From a virus (Duplodnaviria > Caudoviricetes): DNA of 24,296 nucleotides. The DNA lies in IMG/VR virus record IMGVR_UViG_3300020017_000186, positions 1 to 24,296 of that record, one strand, 5' to 3'. This document shows positions 8,655-16,423 of this stretch, piece by piece. The translations under genes and the position numbers were made by a program. Each line of letters starts with the position of its first letter. The first letter of the stretch is position 1. Below the pieces are notes generated by a model. It was given only the letters and a program-made list of their open reading frames with translations. It was not told where the DNA came from and did no database searches.

Positions 8655-8683
8655 ACAATCCTTCATCACTGAACGTCTGTCAA
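8655..8683 (-). promoter_or_regulatory. Candidate sigma70-type promoter for the RAMP cassette
   Basis: Perfect TTGACA (8678-8683 on -), 17-nt spacer, weak -10 GATTGT. Confidence 0.35.
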
Positions 8684-8696
8684 ATTAAAATCTCTA

Positions 8697-8725
8697 TTGA
8701 CTTTACGTTAACGTTAACTGAAATT
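8697..8725 (+). promoter_or_regulatory. Candidate MCP promoter with palindromic operator in the spacer
   Basis: TTGACT at 8697-8702, TGAAAT at 8719-8724, palindrome GTTAACGTTAAC at 8707-8718; the same 13-mer recurs at 19023-19035. Confidence 0.5.
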
Positions 8726-8902
8726 CCCATTAGTTGAGCGTAATTGGCTCCCTCAATGGCCATCACCTTTCGCTTGGGGTGACATAAAAAATCAGGCAAC
8801 AGCGTTAGTGGCACGGGTGCCAGAAGGTCGCTGTTCTTCATTAAAATCCCCAACAGAATCCCTCTGCATTAGGGACAAAACTTTTAATGAAAGGCTCACA
8901 CA

Positions 8903-10237
8903 GTGGCCAACGAGAATATCAGTTGTGACAGTTTTACTCAGTTCCTCGTCGATCAATTGCCGGTTTATGATAAGTTGATTCTTGAGGATATTCGCCCGAT
9001 GGATGGTTGGATTGGGCATGTCAAGACGGGGACCTTCGAGGCTTATTCCGGCACAGAGCATACTCTGGACCGTTTCAACCATGTCTACCCAGATACGACC
9101 AAGGCATGGAATCGCACCACGGCGTCTAGTTGCGTCGGAACTCCTTGCGACAAAACGGAATACTGCATTGGATGGGGGGCCACTCGGATCACTTATTTTT
9201 TGGAGGAGCAATCTTGGGCGACTCCGCTTTTGTGTTTCGATCAGCTTATGCACATCACGAAGGCCCGTGAGAACTTCCGCTACATCATCGGTGGAATCCT
9301 CAAGCCTGCCACATCGACAATCATGTCGAACTTCCTCCGCCGTCGTGCCCTCACGATTGGCACAGGCAAGAAGTGGGTGGCTGATGCCAACATGACCGAC
9401 TTCACGGCCACCTGGGTCACTGTGGGCGATTCTGAACTGTACCTGGATGTCTCTGCTGAACCCACGTCTCGCCTGACTCCGCAGATGCTTCAGCGCCGTG
9501 TCAGTCCCCTGATGCTGATGGGCTACTTCGGCAAGACCCCGTTCAACGACAAGAAGGACATCCCTCTGATCGAACTGGTCACTGGAATGGAAACCTTGTG
9601 GGACCTGGACAAGCAGGTTTGTGATGCGAACATCTCCGGTGCATGGCGGTTCACGGAGTGGACGGCTGCCAATCAGTACTGGCGCTACGGGTTCAACGGC
9701 CAGCTTGGGAACTACGCGACTCGCGCAGACCCAATGGAGATGCGGTTCAACCGTGTTGGCGTCCAGCCGGGCGGGTTGATCCGTTTCCAGTTCATCCAGC
9801 CCTACATCAATGTCGCCTCCTCTGGGGCGGGTGGTGAACCGGGCTTGAAATCCATTGAGAATCCTGACTGGCAGGCTGCTCAGTATTCCATCAGCTTCAT
9901 CTGGCACAAGATGGCGATGGAAGCCTTGGTCTCTGACGCAACCCCTGTGAATCCCGAAATGCCGTTCAGTTCCCGCAACTTTGGTGGACGCTGGCAGTTC
10001 GTGAAGAACAACCTTGGGGCAGACCCCACGGGCTGTGTCATTGAGAACAAGCGCGGCAACAAGGGTCAGTTCATTGCTGACTTCAAGCTGGCGATCAGGC
10101 CCATGTACACGGAATTCGCCGAGGCCATTTTCCACAAGCGTCAGCGGGCCTGTGTCACTGTCTGCGATGTGTGCGAAGATGATCCGGGTTATCCGACTCA
10201 GGATTACAATTCGTGCAACGAAGTCTGCCCTGAGTAG
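8903..10237 (+). CDS. Major capsid protein (444 aa, GTG start)
   Basis: Size, position after portal and scaffold, strongly biased codon usage (C-ending codons, open antisense frame), upstream promoter and downstream hairpin. Confidence 0.75.
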   Translation: MANENISCDSFTQFLVDQLPVYDKLILEDIRPMDGWIGHVKTGTFEAYSGTEHTLDRFNHVYPDTTKAWNRTTASSCVGTPCDKTEYCIGWGATRITYFLEEQSWATPLLCFDQLMHITKARENFRYIIGGILKPATSTIMSNFLRRRALTIGTGKKWVADANMTDFTATWVTVGDSELYLDVSAEPTSRLTPQMLQRRVSPLMLMGYFGKTPFNDKKDIPLIELVTGMETLWDLDKQVCDANISGAWRFTEWTAANQYWRYGFNGQLGNYATRADPMEMRFNRVGVQPGGLIRFQFIQPYINVASSGAGGEPGLKSIENPDWQAAQYSISFIWHKMAMEALVSDATPVNPEMPFSSRNFGGRWQFVKNNLGADPTGCVIENKRGNKGQFIADFKLAIRPMYTEFAEAIFHKRQRACVTVCDVCEDDPGYPTQDYNSCNEVCPE

Positions 10238-10261
10238 GGCCGTAGGGTTGGACAGTAAATT

Positions 10262-10304
10262 GGGAGGCTGGCTGTTTGATGAGAGCAGCCAGCTTCCCTC
10301 ATTT
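10262..10304 (+). terminator. Strong hairpin after MCP (terminator or attenuator)
   Basis: GGGAGGCTGGCTG (10262-10274) pairs with CAGCCAGCTTCCC (10286-10298) with one G-U; short TCATTT tail. Confidence 0.55.
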
Positions 10305-10314
10305 GAAAGCCTAC

Positions 10315-10638
10315 ATGCCAATTATCTACAAGAAAGACAAGTCGGACACAGCAGATTCTGGGATGGATTCCAAAGACGGTATGGCCAAGGATGACAGTGA
10401 TGATTCAGCCTCCTGCCTGATTCCCAAGTCAGTCATTCAGAACAAGAAAGTCTCACCTGGAGACAAGCTGGTTCTGGAAGTCGTCCACATCTACGAAGAT
10501 GAAGTGGAAGTGAAGTACGGCAAGGACAAGAAGGACAAGGACAAGTCTGACGATGATAGCGATGATTCAAAGGAAGAGTCAGCAGGAAGTCAGATGGATA
10601 TGTCTGAGCAGCAACTGAGTGGATTGATGGACGAATAG
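10315..10638 (+). CDS. Small acidic protein with a short beta-rich core
   Basis: ATG 10315; Asp/Lys/Ser-rich ends flank LIPKSVIQNKKVSPGDKLVLEVV, which resembles an AbrB-type hairpin. Confidence 0.6.
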   Translation: MPIIYKKDKSDTADSGMDSKDGMAKDDSDDSASCLIPKSVIQNKKVSPGDKLVLEVVHIYEDEVEVKYGKDKKDKDKSDDDSDDSKEESAGSQMDMSEQQLSGLMDE

Positions 10639-10641
10639 ATC

Positions 10642-11202
10642 ATGCCAATCGCTTGTGATCCAGCGTCACTTCGGGCTGAAGCTCACTGCATTTCAGCCTG
10701 CATTACGCATGGTCAGGCGATAGCGATCAAGTCACACCTTCTGGCACAGATCGCTGGTGGCAGCGAGAATCCCGGCACACTGCTCCAGGAAGCAGCCTGC
10801 TTCCTATGCCTCACCAAGCCTCAACTGTTTGCAATTCGCATCTACCTCTTGGCAGGACTGGCTGGGGTTGATCCTGAATCACAGGCAGTCATGGATGAAG
10901 CGTGTTGCCTGCTGGGATGCCTGACTGGTGGACAGTTGCGACTGATACAGATTTACATCCTGGCGACAATTGCCGGGGAAGAACCAGATGGGTCCCTACT
11001 TAATCCAGCGCAGTGTTTCCTTTCGTGTCTGATGGGAATCCAGAACGATGCAGTCCAGACGTACCTGCTGGCAGTGATTGCGGGTGGGTCAACCTACCCA
11101 CAGGAACTGGCAGAACTGGCCTGTTGCATCCTGACTTGTTTGTCAGGAGAACAGTTGTTGGCTGCTGAGACAGCCCTAATGTGCGAGTGGGCGAATGTAT
11201 GA
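10642..11202 (+). CDS. Cys-rich helical repeat protein (5 x ~37 aa), probable virion protein
   Basis: Repeated unit (D/N)P..L..EA.C..CL..GQL.AI..YLLA.IAGG. Confidence 0.7.
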   Translation: MPIACDPASLRAEAHCISACITHGQAIAIKSHLLAQIAGGSENPGTLLQEAACFLCLTKPQLFAIRIYLLAGLAGVDPESQAVMDEACCLLGCLTGGQLRLIQIYILATIAGEEPDGSLLNPAQCFLSCLMGIQNDAVQTYLLAVIAGGSTYPQELAELACCILTCLSGEQLLAAETALMCEWANV

Positions 11203-11387
11203 ATCAGGATCAAGATAACGCACTGGCTGGACTGAGGTATGCATTGAGAATTGTGGAAGGACGAAGAATACTGAACAGGCCACCAGGATACTTGGCTGCA
11301 ATTGATGAAATTGAAATCTTCCTCAAGGCTGCAATCAGTCGCGTTGAGAATGGCGAGGAAATGAGTGCATCCTGTCTGGTTCAATGA
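11199..11387 (+). CDS. Hypothetical protein (62 aa)
   Basis: ATGA overlap at 11199-11202; fills the gap between the two paralogs. Confidence 0.55.
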   Translation: MNQDQDNALAGLRYALRIVEGRRILNRPPGYLAAIDEIEIFLKAAISRVENGEEMSASCLVQ

Positions 11388-11390
11388 CGT

Positions 11391-12029
11391 ATGCCTGAAT
11401 GCGATGCAGCATCACTTGTAGAAGCTGGCTGTTGTCTCTCCTGCCTTGAAGCGGGTCAGCTTAATGCAATCAAGACCAGTCTTCTGGCTGAGATTGCTGT
11501 GGGTTCCACTGATCCCATCGTACTTCTGGAAGAGGCCAATTGCTTCCTCTGTCTGACCCGCACTCAACTGGCATCCATCAGGGTTTACTTGCTGGCTGAA
11601 CTGGGAGGAATCGAACAGACCCCACAGGCGATCATGGATGAGACGTGCTGCTTGATTGACTGCATGACAGCCTTTCAGGCACTGGCAGCACAGGTGGCTA
11701 TTCTGGCAGAGATCAATGGGGATGATCCTGAATCCATCCCTGAACTAATGGGTGACTGCTGTTTCCTCTCCTGCCTGTCTGGATTGCAGGTGGATGCGAT
11801 TCAGACGTACTTGGTGGCAGTCATCGCGGGTGGAAGTACTGACCCAATCGTCCTGCTAAGTCAGGCATCATGCGTGCAGCAATGCCTGTCAAAAGGTCAA
11901 TTGATCTTTGCTGAGACAGCGATGATGTGTGCGTGGTCAAATAATTTGGGTGGAACATTCTTCAGAATCACGCAGGATGGAGACTTCCGAATCACTCAGG
12001 ATGGTGATCGAAGAGTCTGGAGACACTGA
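11391..12029 (+). CDS. Cys-rich helical repeat protein, paralog of 10642-11202, with C-terminal RITQDGD tandem repeat
   Basis: Same five-repeat pattern; ends FFRITQDGDFRITQDGDRRVWRH. Confidence 0.7.
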   Translation: MPECDAASLVEAGCCLSCLEAGQLNAIKTSLLAEIAVGSTDPIVLLEEANCFLCLTRTQLASIRVYLLAELGGIEQTPQAIMDETCCLIDCMTAFQALAAQVAILAEINGDDPESIPELMGDCCFLSCLSGLQVDAIQTYLVAVIAGGSTDPIVLLSQASCVQQCLSKGQLIFAETAMMCAWSNNLGGTFFRITQDGDFRITQDGDRRVWRH

Positions 12030-12032
12030 AAT

Positions 12033-13769
12033 ATGGCTGACAAAACAATTTCTGATCTGACAGCAGCGGCATCGGTAAACCTTTCAACATTGATTGAGGT
12101 TGAAAATGTTGGCCCAGCAATCAGCCGCAAGGCAACTCTAACACAGGTTCAGACCGCACTTACAGGGAAAGAGAATACCCTTGGCTATATTCCAGAGGAT
12201 GTTGCAGACAAAAGCACTGATGGGACTCTTGCTGCCAATTCAGATATTCTGTATCCAAGCCAGAAGGCTGTAAAGACGTACGTAGACACGAATATTGCAA
12301 CAGTCACTCCTCCATTCTCAGACAACAATGCTCTGATTAAGGGAACAGCAGACCCAACAAAGCTGTTTAGATTTGAGATTGATGCCTTTACTGCTGGGGC
12401 TACTCGTGTTGCTACTCCTCCGAATCAGAACTTTACAATCGCAGGACTTGAGGTTGCCCAGACATTCACGGTTAAGCAGACAATCACTCCTGCTGTAAAC
12501 ACAGAGGCGTTATCCATTTCTGGATTTTCCCTGACTGGAGCAAACATTCAATCAGTTGTTGATATTCAGGGGACATGGAACACAACAGGTGCCCCAATTG
12601 CGTTCAATCTGAATGTTACTGACACAGCATCGAATGCAGCAGCATTGCTTTTTCAACTTCAGGTCAGTGGTGATCCCAAATTCCAGGTTGATAAGAATGG
12701 AGGGATGATCATTGATGGTGGGATTGTTTCCGGTGGTGGAATAATAAGCACAGCAGGCAATCTGTTAATTGGTGCTGGTATATTCACCGTAAATGGCACC
12801 ACTGGGGCAGTTCTGTTCGCTGACAATGTGACTCAGGTATTCAACCCCGGAGTCAACAATGCTGGAATAAATGTGGGTGCAGTTGCTGCTGACCCTGGAA
12901 CCCCTGTAAATGGTGACTTGTGGTATCAATCCACAGCGAATGAACTGCGTGCCAGAATAAACGGGGCAACAGTTGCGCTGGGAGCAGGTGGTGGGTCTTC
13001 TCCTCCGTTCGATGATGGGACTGCAATCATAAAAGGAAGTGCTGATCCCACGAAACTTCTCAGGATTGAAGTGGATGGATTCACTGCTGCTACAACACGA
13101 GTCGCTACCCCGCCAAATCAGGACTTCACGATTGCTGGAACGAATGTTGCACAGACGTTTACGGTAGAGCAGACGTTTACCCCTGCTGCGAATACGGAAG
13201 CGATTACGATTACTGGGTTCTCCCTGACAGGTGCTGCAACAAGTTCATGTTTGGATATTTCAGGAACATGGAACACGTCTGGTCTTGCCACAGCAATAAG
13301 TCTTAATATTACTGACACGGCATCAAACGCTGAAAGCCTTCTGCTTGATTTGAAGGTTGGTGGAGCATCAAAATTCTCTGTTGGTAAGAATGGAGAAATT
13401 GTTGCTGGAGGTGGAGGATTTACGGTTGGTTCAACTGGATTCGTTTTTGCTGAAAATATTGCAATTCAGTCCATCATAACGTTTACAGGTTCAGGGTTTA
13501 CAATTGTTGATAATGGGTCAAAGATTGTTTTTGATGCCCCCATTGATGTAAGCAGTCACATTATTAGTAGTGTGACTGATCCCGTTGATCAACAGGATGC
13601 AGCTACCAAGGAATATGTTGATAACGCAACATTAACATCTCCTATTTCTGGTTCTGGATCACCAGAGGGGGTTGTTGAAGGAAGCCCAGGTAGAACTTAT
13701 ACTGATGTTTCTGTTGATCCACCATCTTTTTGGGTAAAGTTCAGCGGTGTTGAGACAATTACAGGATGA
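12033..13769 (+). CDS. Tail fibre protein with ~130-aa internal duplication
   Basis: MADKTISDLTAA N-terminus, PSQKAVKTYVD, NGDLWY, DAATKEYVD and GSGSPEGVV motifs; Thr/Gly/Ala-rich. Confidence 0.75.
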   Translation: MADKTISDLTAAASVNLSTLIEVENVGPAISRKATLTQVQTALTGKENTLGYIPEDVADKSTDGTLAANSDILYPSQKAVKTYVDTNIATVTPPFSDNNALIKGTADPTKLFRFEIDAFTAGATRVATPPNQNFTIAGLEVAQTFTVKQTITPAVNTEALSISGFSLTGANIQSVVDIQGTWNTTGAPIAFNLNVTDTASNAAALLFQLQVSGDPKFQVDKNGGMIIDGGIVSGGGIISTAGNLLIGAGIFTVNGTTGAVLFADNVTQVFNPGVNNAGINVGAVAADPGTPVNGDLWYQSTANELRARINGATVALGAGGGSSPPFDDGTAIIKGSADPTKLLRIEVDGFTAATTRVATPPNQDFTIAGTNVAQTFTVEQTFTPAANTEAITITGFSLTGAATSSCLDISGTWNTSGLATAISLNITDTASNAESLLLDLKVGGASKFSVGKNGEIVAGGGGFTVGSTGFVFAENIAIQSIITFTGSGFTIVDNGSKIVFDAPIDVSSHIISSVTDPVDQQDAATKEYVDNATLTSPISGSGSPEGVVEGSPGRTYTDVSVDPPSFWVKFSGVETITG

Positions 13770-13783
13770 CGTCAATTGATTGC

Positions 13784-14314
13784 ATGAAAACAATCCTATC
13801 ATTCATCATACTACTGGCATCACTGCTGGCATCCAGTGCGCAGCCATTGCTGAGAAGTCCGTTCACTACTAATGCAGTTCCAGGAACCAGCGGAACCAAT
13901 GTTAATTTGTTCTTCACAGGATCAACCACTGTCTTCAATCAAATCATTCCACCTGAGAGTGGGATTCATACCTTTACTGATCAACTGGCAGCCACAAACT
14001 CAACAGCGAATACAAACATCACTGTTGATATGCGTGTCAAAACAACACGGCTGACTCTGACTAACAACGCCAGCTTTACAAATTTCATAGGCAACTCAGC
14101 CACTACATCTGGAAGCTTTGCAGTCATTGTCAGGCCACAACTGGTCAATCGAACAATTGTTTGGCCAACATTCTCCACCCCAATATTTGGACTCTATTTC
14201 CGCACGAATTCTGGTTCAACAATGTGGACTACGTTTACGAATGGTGTGGAATATTGGATTACTGGTGACAGGCATGATACCAACGTTGACCTAACATTAT
14301 CCGCATTCCAATGA
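13784..14314 (+). CDS. Beta-rich tail-associated protein with signal-peptide-like N-terminus
   Basis: ATG 13784 gives MKTILSFIILLASLLASSAQ, followed by Thr/Asn-rich strands. Confidence 0.6.
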   Translation: MKTILSFIILLASLLASSAQPLLRSPFTTNAVPGTSGTNVNLFFTGSTTVFNQIIPPESGIHTFTDQLAATNSTANTNITVDMRVKTTRLTLTNNASFTNFIGNSATTSGSFAVIVRPQLVNRTIVWPTFSTPIFGLYFRTNSGSTMWTTFTNGVEYWITGDRHDTNVDLTLSAFQ

Positions 14315-14541
14315 GAATAACATTCATTACAGATGTCGATCAGGACCTTGGATTGGAGGCCATGCACGCTGCATCAGGCTCTACCGATCCAATTGATGTA
14401 TTCGCACAAAAGTTGGTGCAAGACTTTTTGATAAATCTTAAGCCAATCGTAGACAGGCAGCAGAGAGTTAGATTGCAGCGGGCAATTGATACCGCTGCAC
14501 AAGACAGACTTGATGCGGCAGAACAGGCACTGATACCATGA
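14311..14541 (+). CDS. Hypothetical protein (76 aa)
   Basis: ATGA overlaps at both ends. Confidence 0.65.
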   Translation: MRITFITDVDQDLGLEAMHAASGSTDPIDVFAQKLVQDFLINLKPIVDRQQRVRLQRAIDTAAQDRLDAAEQALIP

Positions 14542-16028
14542 GACTTATTTTAGCAGTTCTTCTTTTGTCCACGTTTGTCAGTCGAGCAGCCACAAGTTAC
14601 ACTGAGTTCTACTGCAAATCAGATGGCACTAATATAAATGCCGGAAGCACTACAAGTGCAGCGGCAACATTCTCTAATGCCAATGGGAACTGGGACGCAA
14701 CTACTGGAATCTTCATTTGCTCCGGAGCGTCTGACCTATCTGGAATCTCGGCTGGCGACTGGGCTAGCGTGTTCGTTGATGGAGCAACGACTGCGGTTTT
14801 CATAGGACGAATCGTGACGGTGGTGGACGCCACGGACACGATCACGGTGAGCCTATCGATAAAGACGGGAACGCCACCAAGCACTAGCGCCACCGGGCGA
14901 AGCATAAAAGTGGGCGGGGCGTGGTATGGCCCATACTGGAATTCAACCCAGACCGACGGCTTCCCGTTCTCGCTCGTGAACAACTTGATGACAAATACGA
15001 GTCTTCACTCGACAAGGTTCAACATCAAGTCTGATCGAGTTTACTATACGACCAACCTTAACATTTTAAGTAATGGACCAATGAGGTTTGAAGGGTATGG
15101 AACAACTCCTGGAGATCAGGAGATTGCGAAAGTTTCAGGGGTTACTGATGGGGCAAGTTTTACACTGTTTACAATAACAGGTGCAAACATTGATTTGTGC
15201 AACTTCTTATTTGAATCTAATGGTGTAAGCGGGACTTCAGATTTGATTCAATGGTCTGGCACTGAAGGTTTCGCTTGTAGGGTTGCATCAAGATGCGGAA
15301 GGAGAAGCGGATTTTCTTCCGTACAAGAATCCACCTTTATTGAGTGTGAGGCCTCTACAAACAATCTTGGTAATTCCGCATCTCACGGTGGATTCGCCCT
15401 TGGGGGAAGCGGAGCAACAGCTATGATTAGATGCATAGCACATCATAATTCAGGTTCTGCAACAAGCGGTTTTATCTGCACATCAGACGTATTGTTGTTT
15501 GGTTGTGTTGCTGCCAACAATGGAAGAAACGGAGTAACTGTTTCAGGAACCGCTACAATAGTTATTGATGGGTGTGATTTATATGGCAACAGGTCAAACG
15601 GAGTTGATTTAATTTCTGCATCAGCATCATCACCGCTCATATCCAACTGCAATTTTTTGTTAAATACAAACACATATGGAATCAACAGCAGTGGCAGCAC
15701 ACTAAGGAATGGAGGTATATTCAACTGCGCCTTTGGTGCGGGAACGAAGGCTAATGGGGCAGGAGATATTAACCGCGCCACAATTGGAGGGATTCAGGAG
15801 ATAGGAACAGTGACCTATGCCGCGAATACTGTTCCGTGGGTAGACCCTGACACTGGTGACTTCAAGATAAATCTTGCTGCTGCAATCAATACTGGTAGAG
15901 GTTCGTTCCTAGAACTTTCTTCAACCTACACAAACACTGTTGGGTATCCAGACATTGGAGCAGCACAGGCTACAAATTCTGCTGCTGGTGCAAGTTCAAT
16001 TGTTTCCTATCCAATATTCAGAAGATAA
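14538..16028 (+). CDS. Right-handed beta-helix (pectin-lyase-like) tailspike or depolymerase-like protein with signal-peptide-like N-terminus
   Basis: Repeating C..NN...G.. turns (CEASTNN, CIAHHNSG, CVAANNGRNG, CDLYGNRSNG), WVDPDTGDFKI and YPDIGAAQ C-terminal motifs. Confidence 0.65.
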   Translation: MRLILAVLLLSTFVSRAATSYTEFYCKSDGTNINAGSTTSAAATFSNANGNWDATTGIFICSGASDLSGISAGDWASVFVDGATTAVFIGRIVTVVDATDTITVSLSIKTGTPPSTSATGRSIKVGGAWYGPYWNSTQTDGFPFSLVNNLMTNTSLHSTRFNIKSDRVYYTTNLNILSNGPMRFEGYGTTPGDQEIAKVSGVTDGASFTLFTITGANIDLCNFLFESNGVSGTSDLIQWSGTEGFACRVASRCGRRSGFSSVQESTFIECEASTNNLGNSASHGGFALGGSGATAMIRCIAHHNSGSATSGFICTSDVLLFGCVAANNGRNGVTVSGTATIVIDGCDLYGNRSNGVDLISASASSPLISNCNFLLNTNTYGINSSGSTLRNGGIFNCAFGAGTKANGAGDINRATIGGIQEIGTVTYAANTVPWVDPDTGDFKINLAAAINTGRGSFLELSSTYTNTVGYPDIGAAQATNSAAGASSIVSYPIFRR

Positions 16029-16202
16029 ATGAATCCAACAAAAACAATCACGTTCACTCAGGAAGATTTGACTGCGCTTCAAATCATATTTGATGCCGCA
16101 TTGAAGGGAAGTGGAATGTCAGTATTGAATCAAGTTGCCATTCTTTCACAAAAGATCATCTCAACACCTGCTGACCCACAACCAAAACAGGAACAAACAT
16201 GA
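16029..16202 (+). CDS. Small hypothetical protein (57 aa), absent from the ORF track
   Basis: MNPTKTITFTQEDLTALQIIFDAALKGSGMSVLNQVAILSQKIISTPADPQPKQEQT; ATG abuts the previous stop and TGA overlaps the next ATG. Confidence 0.7.
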   Translation: MNPTKTITFTQEDLTALQIIFDAALKGSGMSVLNQVAILSQKIISTPADPQPKQEQT

Positions 16203-16423
16203 AATCATTCCTCACAAACAGGAGTGTGATTGGATCATTGGGAACAGTGCTTCAAACTTGGGGTGCAATTAAGGTGATCAGCGCACTTGTGTCTGCACAG
16301 AACGCAGAGACTGTTGGGAACCCGGTTCACGGTACTGGAATGATGTTTGGACTGATGATCGTGGGTGCTATACTTTCAATCATTGGCAAGTTTTCAAAAA
16401 AAGAAGAGACAAAGACTGTATGA
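16199..16423 (+). CDS. Small two-TM membrane protein, possible holin
   Basis: Two hydrophobic segments and a charged C-terminus (KFSKKEETKTV). Confidence 0.5.
   Translation: MKSFLTNRSVIGSLGTVLQTWGAIKVISALVSAQNAETVGNPVHGTGMMFGLMIVGAILSIIGKFSKKEETKTV

Noticed and set aside
8439-8669. 77-aa N-terminal extension of the RAMP ORF
   Set aside because: It is the translation of array A and the cloverleaf RNA; the RAMP-like first strand begins at ATG 8438.
9373-9396. Array C start (W V A S A A M) versus MCP WVADANM
   Set aside because: Only 5 of 7 dinucleotides match, mismatches are non-synonymous and the match does not extend; compatible with chance.
8792-10321. 509-aa antisense ORF over MCP
   Set aside because: Shadow frame expected from MCP codon bias; no recognisable motifs.
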